The position numbers were made by a program, and so were the translations under genes. Positions 39,747 through 50,509 of a stretch of DNA of 64,000 bases are shown here, in pieces (within the stretch, counting starts at the first letter, position 1; each line of letters opens with the position of its first letter). Origin of the DNA: Hormiphora californensis (lineage: Eukaryota > Animalia > Ctenophora); contig CM035356.1 in the NCBI GenBank assembly GCA_020137815.1, positions 3,162,001 to 3,226,000 on the forward strand. Reading direction: 5' to 3'. The notes below the pieces were generated by a model that worked only from the letters and a program-made list of their open reading frames with translations, was not told where the DNA came from and made no database searches.

Positions 39747-39973
39747 CCTTGAAATATATATTGCCACTTAGTAGTTGTCATGTATACAGTTGGACCCTGA
39801 TTTACTGGAGTAGGGGGAAAGTGTGAATTTGGGGAAAGGGTTTTGCCTGGTAAATCGGGGTCCGACTGCAGAATTATTCTCAGGAATTAGTTGGTGGAAA
39901 TAGTAAAACGTAAACATATATTTGAAACTCACCAAAATGTATATAAAAAACTCAATACAAAAACATTACATTA

Positions 39974-40128
39974 TAAAGTCGGATTTTTTGAAGTTGTCAC
40001 CCCAAAATGACCGCGCATGTCAAATTTATCAATTTTGACGCGCACACCATACGTTAACATATGATGTGACGCGCAAAAACATTCCGCGCACGAAAAGGGG
40101 GGTGACAACTTCAAAAAATCCGACTTTA
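39974..40128. mobile_element. Short MITE
   Basis: taaagtcggattttttgaagttgtcacccc / ggggtgacaacttcaaaaaatccgacttta. Confidence 0.75.
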
Positions 40129-40164
40129 TGAATAATCAACTATTATAGAAATCAAATCCCATGA

Positions 40165-41167
40165 TAGTCAGGGCATATGATGACAAAAAATGGGCATAAT
40201 TGTTATCAAGCTAATTTCACTTCTAGTAGGCTCTATTAGGTCCCTAGAAACACCAAAAAAATTGGCCGCGGTTTTATCAATGAAGAAGTTGGGTTTTTGG
40301 GCCACGCCCTTTTACCTATGTTTTTAGCCTTCTGACGAAACCCAAAACGGGGCTTAGGAAAGGAGTAGAGACAAATCTAAGGTCACTAAAAGGTGTAGCG
40401 TCCTCGCATTAGTGGGGGTAGGTGCGGAAATTAAGTCTCTATCTCATCTGGTTAATTAGATAATTGGATAATTAGATATGCGCATAACCGTATTTTGGCT
40501 AAATGGCTATAGCCACTTAGGAATGGTTTAGAGACTTTTCACTGGTGCCATTTTGTAGGCAATAGCCAAGTTATGGGGGGTCCACGTCGAACTTTTAAGC
40601 TGTATCTCCAACCGTTTGGCCGCTATTTGGCTTTAAAGATGCTCAAAATCGGGCTTTTTACCGTTTTTTGCTCATTTTGAGCATCTTTAATGCCAAATAG
40701 CGGTCAAACGGTTGGAGATAGAGCTTAAAAGTTCGACGTCGACCCCCCATAACTTGGCTATTGTCTACAAAATGGCACCAGTGAAAAGTCTCTAACCCAT
40801 TCCTAAGTGGCTATAGCCATTTAGCCAAAATACGGTTATGCGCATATCTAATTATCCAATTATCTAATTAACCAGATGAGATAGAGACTTAATTTCTGCA
40901 CCTACCCCCACTAATGCGAGGACGCTACACATTTTAGTGCCCTCGGTTTTCTCTCTTCTCCTTTCCTAAGCCCCGTTTTGGGTTTCGTCAGAAGGCTAAA
41001 AACATAGGTAAAAGGGCGTGGCCCAAAAACCCAACTTCTTCATTGATAAAACCGCGGCCAATTTTTTTGGTGTTTCTAGGGACCTAATAGAGCCTACTAG
41101 AAGTGAAATTAGCTTGATAACAATTATGCCCATTTTTAATTTATTTTGGCATCATATGCCCTGACTA
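40165..41167. mobile_element. About 1-kb palindromic non-autonomous element, TAG termini, 3-bp TGA TSD (Academ-like, tentative)
   Basis: TGA|tagtcagggcatatgatg ... catcatatgccctgacta|TGA; about 485-bp arms, spacer about 40650-40673. An empty-site paralog lies at 41231-41250. Confidence 0.85.
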
Positions 41168-41412
41168 TGAATCAAAAAAATGTATTGAATAATCAGTAAT
41201 AATAATCAATGATTTTTAGAATGTAGAATTAAATCCCATGAATCAAAAAATGTTTATATTCAAAAAACAGCAATATCAATAATCAACTTTATTTCAGAAT
41301 CAGACGCAGAGCCATAATGATTGTACAATTTATATTGTATCTTGTTAGGGTTATAAATTTACCCTGCCGTTCTAAACATTGATATCATATAATCAGATCT
41401 CATCCATGGCCT

Positions 41413-41622
41413 CTATACCCAGAGGGCGAGAAGGGTCATAACCCCAAAACCCCCCACCAGGACGGCACATTTTCGTGTCACCAGAGAGGGATCCTTCATT
41501 ATCTCGGCGGGAATGATGTCATTCAGTGTCACAAAGATGAAGGTTCCTACGAGAAATTCACGGGTTTACTTGTGAAATTAGTGGAAGTTCACACTGATCA
41601 GCGATGTAACGAGACGATCTTT

Positions 41623-41658
<36 letters not shown>

Positions 41659-43408
41659 TCAACCTAAAAATTTCCATTTCCATTTGAACACCTTTTTTTG
41701 TTAAAAACTCACACCTATCTGGTGTGAATTGAGTCAACTTTACTAAACAGTAAAACTGGGAGCGGGAGGGGGGTCAACACTATTTAATTTGATCTAAACG
41801 TTATTATCAACACGCACCTGCGGCAATAGCAAGACACACACCAGTCCAGAGGGAGGACTCAACGGAGGCGCTCACAATCATACCCACAAATGTTCCAGCA
41901 GGAGTACTGCAACTGAAGATGGGGTACACAGTTAGCAGCCCTTTTATCGGGAAAACATTTAGAACCCGTGAACGACAAAATAAATGGAATAAGTTGAATA
42001 TATATCACCGTCCGCGGGCTCCAATAAAGTAGTATAGCTACCTGACTCCTGAGAGAGTCACTCTCTTCCTAATACTCACCTAAACACAAAGAGAAGGCTA
42101 AACATATTGAATCGATGCATCCGGGAGTTCTTGAAGCTAAGTGCTAGAGCCATTGCAGCGAGGGACTTGTGAGCAGCGATCGGAATCATAATCTGAGAAA
42201 AAGATGATTTGTTATGGAATAAACAGGTACAAGCACCTAAGAAATAGCGATACTTTGTGTGGGGATTGTATGTGTGTGTAGGAGCGGCTGGTATGTGGTT
42301 AGCATGTGGTTAGTATGTGGTTAGTATGTGGTTAGTATGTGTAGGATCGCATGGCCATCTGACCCACCTTGAACTCTTCAGCGGGGTCAGGCTGACTCCC
42401 AAATGCTAATCCCGCGAGAAAGGAATGAACACTGAGCACGCCCATTAGGAGGAGCGCTGACCGGAGTCCGCTGGCTCTGAGCGAGGCAAGGAAGAGTTGA
42501 CTCTCGTCCAGATGCTGCTGCTGATCTGATGAGGGTGTTACAAACAAGTTAGGATGGTCATCATCATCATCATCATCATCGGATATCAGCCTTATCTGAT
42601 CCACTTTCTTCTTTACCCTGAGGAGGACAGTTTGAAGGAACTGGGCAACTGAGCAGTGCGGTGGGTGGAGGGCCGGGGGGTGAGGAGTCCTCAGTCACTG
42701 AGGACCCCTCACCATGCCACCCCCTACTCCCAAGTAGGGCACAACACATATAAAACACAATGTGAAGTTCCACCTGATATATTTCACTTCACTCACATTT
42801 ATAAGAATGCGTGCACACAACATGCAGACAACCATGCTTGGTGTACCGTTGTAATTTCTGCCCGATATGTCCTGTTACGGTTGTGTGTAGGGTGAAGAGG
42901 AGGAGGTAGGTGGTGGAAGTTAGGGTCAGGGCAAGTAGCTGACCACGATCTGCAGAGTGTTTTCGGAGGATGTCCAACGAATCACTTAACAGGTGACACA
43001 TACCTCCAGCAAACAACACTGCAAAGGGACGTTTATTAATGTCAAATGTGCTTCTCCATGCGTCTATGTAATACATACAAATGTATGTCACTGTGCTCAG
43101 TGCTGGCAAGCGCAAAGGTGGCCATTTATGTACATATTTCTTACAAGGAACGACTGGTAAATCCTGTGAAACATTATAAGGAGCCCCAACATCGTCTTAC
43201 CTCCGCCCGCAAAGACGCTAAGAAATGATGTTGCTACAGTACTGCACTTGTCGACAGTGAGTGCTATGATGATTCCTATCCAGGCACAAGTAAAAGTAAT
43301 GATCACCCCAGCCATGTGGTACCCTTGCTCTTGCCATTCAGGTAACCCCTCAACAGTTGCTTTGTTTTGTTCAAACAGTTCAACAGTTGCTGACGTCCCT
43401 CCTTCCAT
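41413..43408 (-). CDS. ZIP (SLC39) zinc/iron transporter, ZIP1-3-like
   Basis: Exons 43408-43201 (FAGG), 43018-42847 (HLLSDS), 42617-42368 (LSVHSFLAGLAFG), 42192-42080 (IAAHKSLAA), 41912-41818 (STPAG..AIAA), 41546-41413 (GTFIFVTL.DIIP); phases consistent. Confidence 0.88.
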
Positions 43409-43623
43409 CCCCCTACTATATATGGAGAGGATTGGTTAGGTTAGGCACTGGGGAATCGAATAATAAAATAAGTTGATAGCATAAAAATGAAAATATACTT
43501 GGTTAAAAACATGGTGAATACTAAAATAAATTAATGTAAAAATATCGATACGCTAAAAAAACAACTTGCTGAGAGTCTCTATCTCTTCCTGGCACTTTCT
43601 TCATTATCCGACAGTCTGATTTA

Positions 43624-44668
43624 TCATTCATTTTCCTTCTTCTCGGCTTCATTGCTGTTTTCCTCTGTGTCACTAGAATTACTGTTCTCCTCAGTTTTTT
43701 CTTCATTCTCCTTCTCTTCTGCGATGTTATCGTTAGAATTGATCTTTTCCTCAGCACCGCTTGGATTGGCCAGTAACAGCATGATAGGACAGTGATCACT
43801 GCCCCATACTTTCTCCCTTATTTCACTAGCGGCAATATTTCCCACTAGTCGCTCAGACGTCACGAAATAATCGATTCTCCAGCCAATGTTTCTCTTCCTT
43901 GCCCCTCCCATGTAGGTCCAGAACGTGTAGGCTCCAGTTCTATCTGGATAGAAACTCCGGAAGGAATCAACAAACCCGCTGTCTAACCACCCTGTAAAAT
44001 CTTCCCTCTCCTCAGCGGTGAAACCAGAGTTCCTTTTGTTATTCTTGGGGTTCGCCAAATCGATTTCATTATGTGCAACGTTCAGATCTCCAGCAACAAT
44101 AACTGGCTTCTTTTTATCGAGTGACTGGCAGAATTCCAGAAATGCCGAGTTCCACGTCCTCCTGTAATCGAGTCGGACTAACTTTTGCCCGGAATTGGGC
44201 ACATAAACATTTACAAGAAAGAAGTTCTCATACTCTGCAGTTATCACTCTCCCCTCATTGTCATGTTCCGTGATATCAATACCATAGGCTAACGGTCCAG
44301 GGGCTTCGTTTTGGAGTAAAGGGCAGGTGCTGGAATAACCTTTCTTCTGGGCGGAGTTGTAGAAAATGTGGTATCCTGGAAGTTTTGCAGACTCTGGATA
44401 ATCACTTTCGGCACACTTCGTTTCTTGTAGGCATATAATGTCAGGTTCTTCAAACTTGAAAGTAGTTGAATTTTTCACTCTTGGTGACTGCCCTGATACC
44501 ATTCACGTTCCAAGATATGATTTTAACATTCCAATCCCTGCCGTCCTAGAGTTTTCGTGTCAGGATTGAAATCTATATCCTTGAGATCTGTGGGCAGTTC
44601 AGTTTCTCTTCCATCTTCGCCTTCTTAGATGAGTTTTCATCCTTGCCATTCTTGAGAAACCGTTTCAT
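43624..44668 (-). CDS. APEX1: AP endonuclease 1 (ExoIII family), intronless; 5' part has small frameshifts
   Basis: KIISWNVNG (upstream frame), PDIICLQETK, EGRVITAEY, YVPNSG, GDLNVAH, YTFWTY, GWRIDYF, GSDHCPI. Probable ATG at 44668 (MKRFLKN). Confidence 0.92.
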
Positions 44669-45720
44669 TGTGCTAAGATGAGAGCGATTCGACAAATAGG
44701 CAACCTGAGAAACTTGCCTCGTGACGTATCAAAACTGATAGAAAACGCGAGATCATGAAAATTGAAACTCGGCAAATTTGCAAAAATAGAGCTGTGCCGC
44801 TCTGGGTGTAACGACTGAACCGTTTTGAGCTGCAGTTCCCAAGTGCCAGTGGCGAATCTAGGTCAGGTCACAGTTTTTGTTGCGAGAAATCAGAAAAGAG
44901 AGAAAACGGCGATTTCGGTCAAAAAATGAAAATTTAGGGTGATCGCGAGAAAAAAATCAATACAATCGACGCGACGAAATAATTATCAGGGAGTGGCTTT
45001 TTCGGGCATAATTCGCGCGTTACATTGAATGCGACGCATTTTGTTAATGCGCGCGATATTTCCCCATCTGCATGGCATTTTTTTTATGAATTGAAAATCC
45101 GACAGATTTCCTTTTCAGGTCACAACTCACACTTTATTATTGTTCCACATGTTTGGAGTGCTCTACGCGCCCATCAGAGGGCCCTGCAGCCAACAAAAAA
45201 AACTCGTTCAGGCGGTCTAAACTTTTCAAAATACCTAAAAAGTGTTACGGCCCCGCCCCAGACCCCGCGTCGCTCCGTCCCCTACAACCCCGACAGCGTT
45301 CCACACCCTGCTACGGGTTCCCCATATCCCCCCATAGCGCTGGACACACTTGAGCTTCCGCAGTCGAGAGCCACTCACCGCCCATGCCCAATGCGAGCGT
45401 TTTAACGGCAACTGATTAAGGGGACTAAAACTAAGGCCAAGTGCCAACCTAACGACTCAGTCACGTAACGCGTACGGCGTGACGATCTTTGAAATGTGTA
45501 GTTGTACTTGCATCATGAAATACAGACAAGCGGTAGAAGCGCGATATTTAATTGGACATCGGAGGTCGAAAATTGCGTCCCTAAACCAGTGTAAACCAGT
45601 GTAAATCGTATAAACAAAACGGCTTTGTGAGTAACCCCTTTATTTAGTAGTATGAGAGGAGAGGTGTTATACTCACAGGAGGCTCAAATTGTTAACGCAC
45701 TAGAGGACAGGAAACCCAAA

Positions 45721-48375
45721 ATGCAGTGGTGTCTGTGTCCACTGAACTCTGAGGATTTTACGGGTGACATATTTCTACCAGATCAGGGGGAGGTCAACAT
45801 TGGACGGGCAATTCTAGGAGTATGTAACAAGATTATTTGCATTATTTTCTAACACTAAAATATGTTCTAACATGAACATTTTACCTTTTAGAAAATCCTA
45901 ATGCTAACACGAACACAACACCTTTATGGTACACCCTGCAAATTCGGGTTATTTTTTATTAAACTCATGGAAAATACTTGATCACATTATAAGCTCTCTC
46001 CATTTCCCCAGATTAATGACAGGAAGATCTCAAGGAACCATCTTGGGATCAGGATCCAGGATAGAGAGCTCTCAATTAAACTGGTGGGTGTTTAGCAGCT
46101 GTGTGTCATGTGTGTGTGTGTGTTGATTGAGCGTTCCTAGTTCTAGGACTCCTAGTCCCAGGGGCTGTGTATATCAACTGTGTGTGTGTTGACTGTTGGT
46201 GGGGCAGCGCTGTCTTTATACTACATGCACCGGTGCACTGTCTCTAGTATACTACATGCACCCATGCTGTCTCTATAAAACAGAGTGTGACATACACCGT
46301 GTGTGCAGTTTTGTTTCCGTATTCCTGCCAACACAACCACACCCTCCGTGTTTTGCACACCATTCTGTGGAACAGTTTACACACAGACCCCCTTCTTGCC
46401 TTGTTCCACCCTCTCCATCCGTGCCCCGGGCTAGAATATAACCCCTTCCTCCCTCTCCCAGTTGCACAAGAATCCCTGCCATGTAAAGAAGGCTGGTCAG
46501 TCACTACCCCAGGAAATTCCATCGGGTCATTTCATCAAGCTGACAGAGGGCGACCAAATCAGCCTCATGATGGCTTACGCCTATGCGGTGGACTTTAAAG
46601 ATATATCAGAGGCCCAACCGCCCAAGTTCCGTCCGCGGACTAACTCAGCTCTAACGACCGTGGATGACGGGGTTAATATTCGGATTACCAACAGGCATCA
46701 CTATGTAGCATATCAGCCTACCGTGCCACGGCACTTGGAAAGAGGTAACTTTTTTGAAGAGTTTTGTAGCAGCATGGCAGTGTGTTTATTTTCCGTATTT
46801 TTACCCCACGTACTGACGTTGGAGGGTATCATTGGAAGGAGGGGGTGTGAGACAGTAGTAGGAATATGTAGAAAATTGTGGAAGTCATGAACTGAAAACA
46901 ATAAACTTGGAACTAAAGAGGAATGTGCTCCATCACTCCTTATATACGTCACTCGAAGTCATGTTTGTCTTTTTCTCTTGTTAATTTGATTATTTCTTAT
47001 TAAGGGGAAGCACTGGTCGGAACTAGCAAGCTAGCATAATACCAGCAAGCAACTTTAGTGGCCCAGGGGGCCATGGATTTCATACAAATCTTATGGTCTA
47101 ATTCCACAGTTATGAAATAAACCGGTTTTAGATGTCTCCTACATAATTCCTCTCCACGTAATCTCCCACTACCCCCAGGTTTGGAAGAGGAAGAAGAAGT
47201 AGATGAGGAGATCCCAAAAGGTCCTCTTGAATCACACATGAGTTATAGGGATCCAGATAAAGGTATTAATAATTAATTAATTAATAATAATACACATATG
47301 ATGGGTGACAAGTCCCGAGTTCGCTAAAACTGTGCAGTCGCTAATATGGTATCTATATAGTTCTATTCGGTGTTCAAATTTATAACTGATTTGCTGCGTC
47401 TCTTTACTATGTGTTGCTTTACGAACACCATTCCATTGACTAGTTCTGAATGTTTTTAGTTGACTATTCCACATTCCAGGAGGCCCACCGTATTTTTTCC
47501 AATCTTGCCTAGATAGCAGTAGGGCAGCAGGAAGCTCTGAGAGAAGTGAGAGAACTATACCGTGTATCACTTGATCAAGCTTTAGCTGAAATTAATAAAC
47601 GCTGATTCCGCGCGGATGATTGATTAGTTGCGATCATGTCAAAATTGGTATCCAGTTATCTATTCTGGATCATGCATGGATACCATGCGGATAACCAATC
47701 GCAGATTCGAAACATCTATCCGCAATCCGTGAATCCGCGTTTATTAATTTAAGCTTTTATATGTCCATAAAATCTCCATGCTATACATAATAAATAATTT
47801 TAACTAAAAAATGTAATTATAATTGTTCAATAGGTAGTTCAATATCAAACTAAATAACTAACCCATAAATCCCATATTCCCAGAGGTGCCTGGATCCGGA
47901 CTCGATTTTCAAACGGGATTCGTACATACATCAGAGATTCCGACAGGTGAGAGAACCTCCGCTAGCTCGCTTCCAGAATCTCCTTGTCCTCTCTCTTATC
48001 TCTAGTCCGTATCTCTACTCAAACCTTCCTCTCACTCTTCTTCTCTCCATCCTTCGTTCTTCTCATCTCATCCTCCGCGTGACTCTTAAAAGGTGTGTGC
48101 AAACATGCTCGCCGGTAGAAAGATCGGCAAAATGCAGGTCTCTCTCTCTAGCAACTGTTAATGCTAAGAGATCGCCTGCAGAATAGAGAGAGATCCGCAT
48201 CGACGAGACGAGACAAGACCTGACTGAAGAGCAAGCAAATAATACCCACCGTCTCATTTCCGGACAGCTCGGTCTCCGTCCTTCACTCGATCTCTCTCCC
48301 ATCTCCTTCTTTCTCTCTCCGATATCTCCTGCATCACTTCCTCGCGTCGGCTCTCTCATCTCTACTTCCTCCTCT

Positions 48376-48411
<36 letters not shown>

Positions 48412-49392
48412 GTCTCTCTCTCTATCTCTCTCTCTCTCTCTCTGGCAGGTCGCCCCAGACATCCCTGGTTCTCCTGACTCGGACCAGGAACAGGATGATG
48501 TGGATGAAGACGATGATGCTCCAAACAGCATGTTCTCAAATCATAGCGAGGAGAAACCTAGTTACAGGTAGGTGGGAGTAGTAGGTGGTAGAGAGGTAGG
48601 GCCCCTACCTTTCCTCCTACCCCTCCCTCTCCTACCGTAGGGGAACCGGGAGGGAGGGGGAGAAATAGAGGGATCTTGGTTGGTTACGAAATAACCCCTC
48701 TGGCAAGGGAGAGGTAACTTCGTCACCAAAGATCTGCTGCAGCAGCTGGTATTATAGCAGAGCTGGGAGAAATGTTGATAAACATTAGGATTAGAGTTGA
48801 GTTGGGTCATGTGCAAAATGCAGCCCACCACGCCTAGACTTCACAGTTACTTGCGAATAACTTGCTGCAGTGCAGTGCAATATATGAACAAATAATACAA
48901 GGACATGTGGGTTAGATGGATAGTTGTCAGATGAATAACACATTTTACTAATTTCACATTTCCTTGTTCGTACAAACAATTTCCTTTTCTTATCAGTTAT
49001 TCAAATACACATGATGCAAATGAATGACGACATTATTATCACATTTTTAACATTACAGCTCCCTCTTCGTGATGAAATGACATAATTCACTTTTAGGGGG
49101 TGAATCATAATTCACTTTACATGTCGAGTGTGGAACACACTTCACACATCATCTAGATGCATCTAGACTCTATAATATAGTTATAGGGCCTATAACCGGA
49201 TCAAATTATCATTAAATCCCTTGATAGTTGCCCCACTGTGATACTATCAGGGGAGTGTTATAATTTATTACCCATTACTGACCCCACACCTCTCTTCTCC
49301 GCAGAATATTATACAAACAGAACCAGCTCCCCAAGAAAAAAGAAGTCTTATGGAGGAACATCTGTGGAAAAACACCCAGCAAAAACGACTAG
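45721..49392 (+). CDS. APLF-like FHA-domain protein with acidic C-terminal region
   Basis: Exons 45721-45819 (IGRAILG), 46012-46083 (INDRKISRNH), 46462-46744 (LHKNPC..LTEGDQISL) form a PNKP/APTX/APLF-type FHA. Further exons 47179-47262, 47884-47946, an unresolved one near 48090-48270, 48449-48567 and 49305-49392 are less certain. Confidence 0.7.
47584..47755. mobile_element. Short MITE in an FHA-gene intron
   Basis: agctgaaattaataaacgc..gattc / gaatc..gcgtttattaatttaagct inverted repeats. Confidence 0.55.
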
Positions 49393-49437
49393 CTTCCTAT
49401 CATACATTGCGGGATATTCGTCAAGTTGTGAGAGAGA

Positions 49438-49479
<42 letters not shown>

Positions 49480-49901
49480 GAGAGAGAGAGAGAGTGAGAG
49501 AGAGAGAGAGAGAGAAACACTCTGAAGGAAGAAGAGAGACCCAGGGATAGATGTGTATAAAATATGCGTATGTTTGTTCGCTGTTACAGCGTTTTGAGAG
49601 AGGGAGAGAGAGAGGGTGATCTAACTTCTAAGACTTCCGGTTTGAAAATTCTCTACTTGAGAATTGTATTTTTTGATAAAGTGTGACATAGGACACCAGT
49701 GGAGCTGCGTGTGCCATTAACTTTCCTTGAATTCTGTATAAAAATTGAGCGGTTTCTGAGAGACGTCCACTCAATATATATGATAACACACTGCAAGATT
49801 GTGTGAGCCCCGACTGACCATTTAATGTTTTAAGATGACTAATTTTATACGGACCGTGACTAGGTAATTCCTTTACTTTACCTTAGGTATAATCTATGTA
49901 T

Positions 49902-50010
49902 CAGGAACCGACCGAATCAGGAAATACTGGTCCCTGATTGGCTGATAACCAGTCACGTGACCTAAACAAAGAGTTCTGATTGGTTGCTTACTTGTTTCGG
50001 TCGGTTCCTG
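49902..50010. mobile_element. 109-bp hAT-type MITE, copy 3
   Basis: Same TIR; 8-bp TSD ctatgtat. Confidence 0.9.
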
Positions 50011-50509
50011 CTATGTATTTATGTGTGAATCATCGTGCACCTGATTAGAGTTAGTAAATTAGAAACGAGATTTATTTAGTAAAGAGAGATATAATGTTTT
50101 TGTGTTTTTTTATGTCCCATATATATATTGTGAAAACCTCATTTGTTAAGTAAAGCATTTCAACAAGCTATAGATACAGCGTTTATGTTTGTCTTGTCGG
50201 TACACATATTATTACATGAATGCATGTGTGATCGGTCTCCTTCCCCCCATCTATCTCACCCATCTCTCTCCCCCGTCTCCCTGTGCATGTGTGCATTCTC
50301 ACGTGTCACGTACGGCACGTATATCTGACCGTATGTCACACACATCACACAAATGGAATTGTAATGAAAAGTTTGTTTTAGACATGTACATCGGACCTAG
50401 CCCGGGTGCTGGTGGGAAAATTAAATTGAAACACTGAAACCTCACCAATAAACATAGAGCACTGTCGTTGGAAAGTGAACCAGCTTCGTGTGTGGTTACT
50501 CGATTATCA

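Noticed and set aside
44340-44668. APE1 pseudogenisation or programmed frameshifting
   Set aside because: Scattered small indels with intact catalytic motifs fit long-read error.
44848-45420. Possible transposon between APE1 and the FHA gene (cagtggcgaatctagg end)
   Set aside because: No matching opposite terminus or TSD found.
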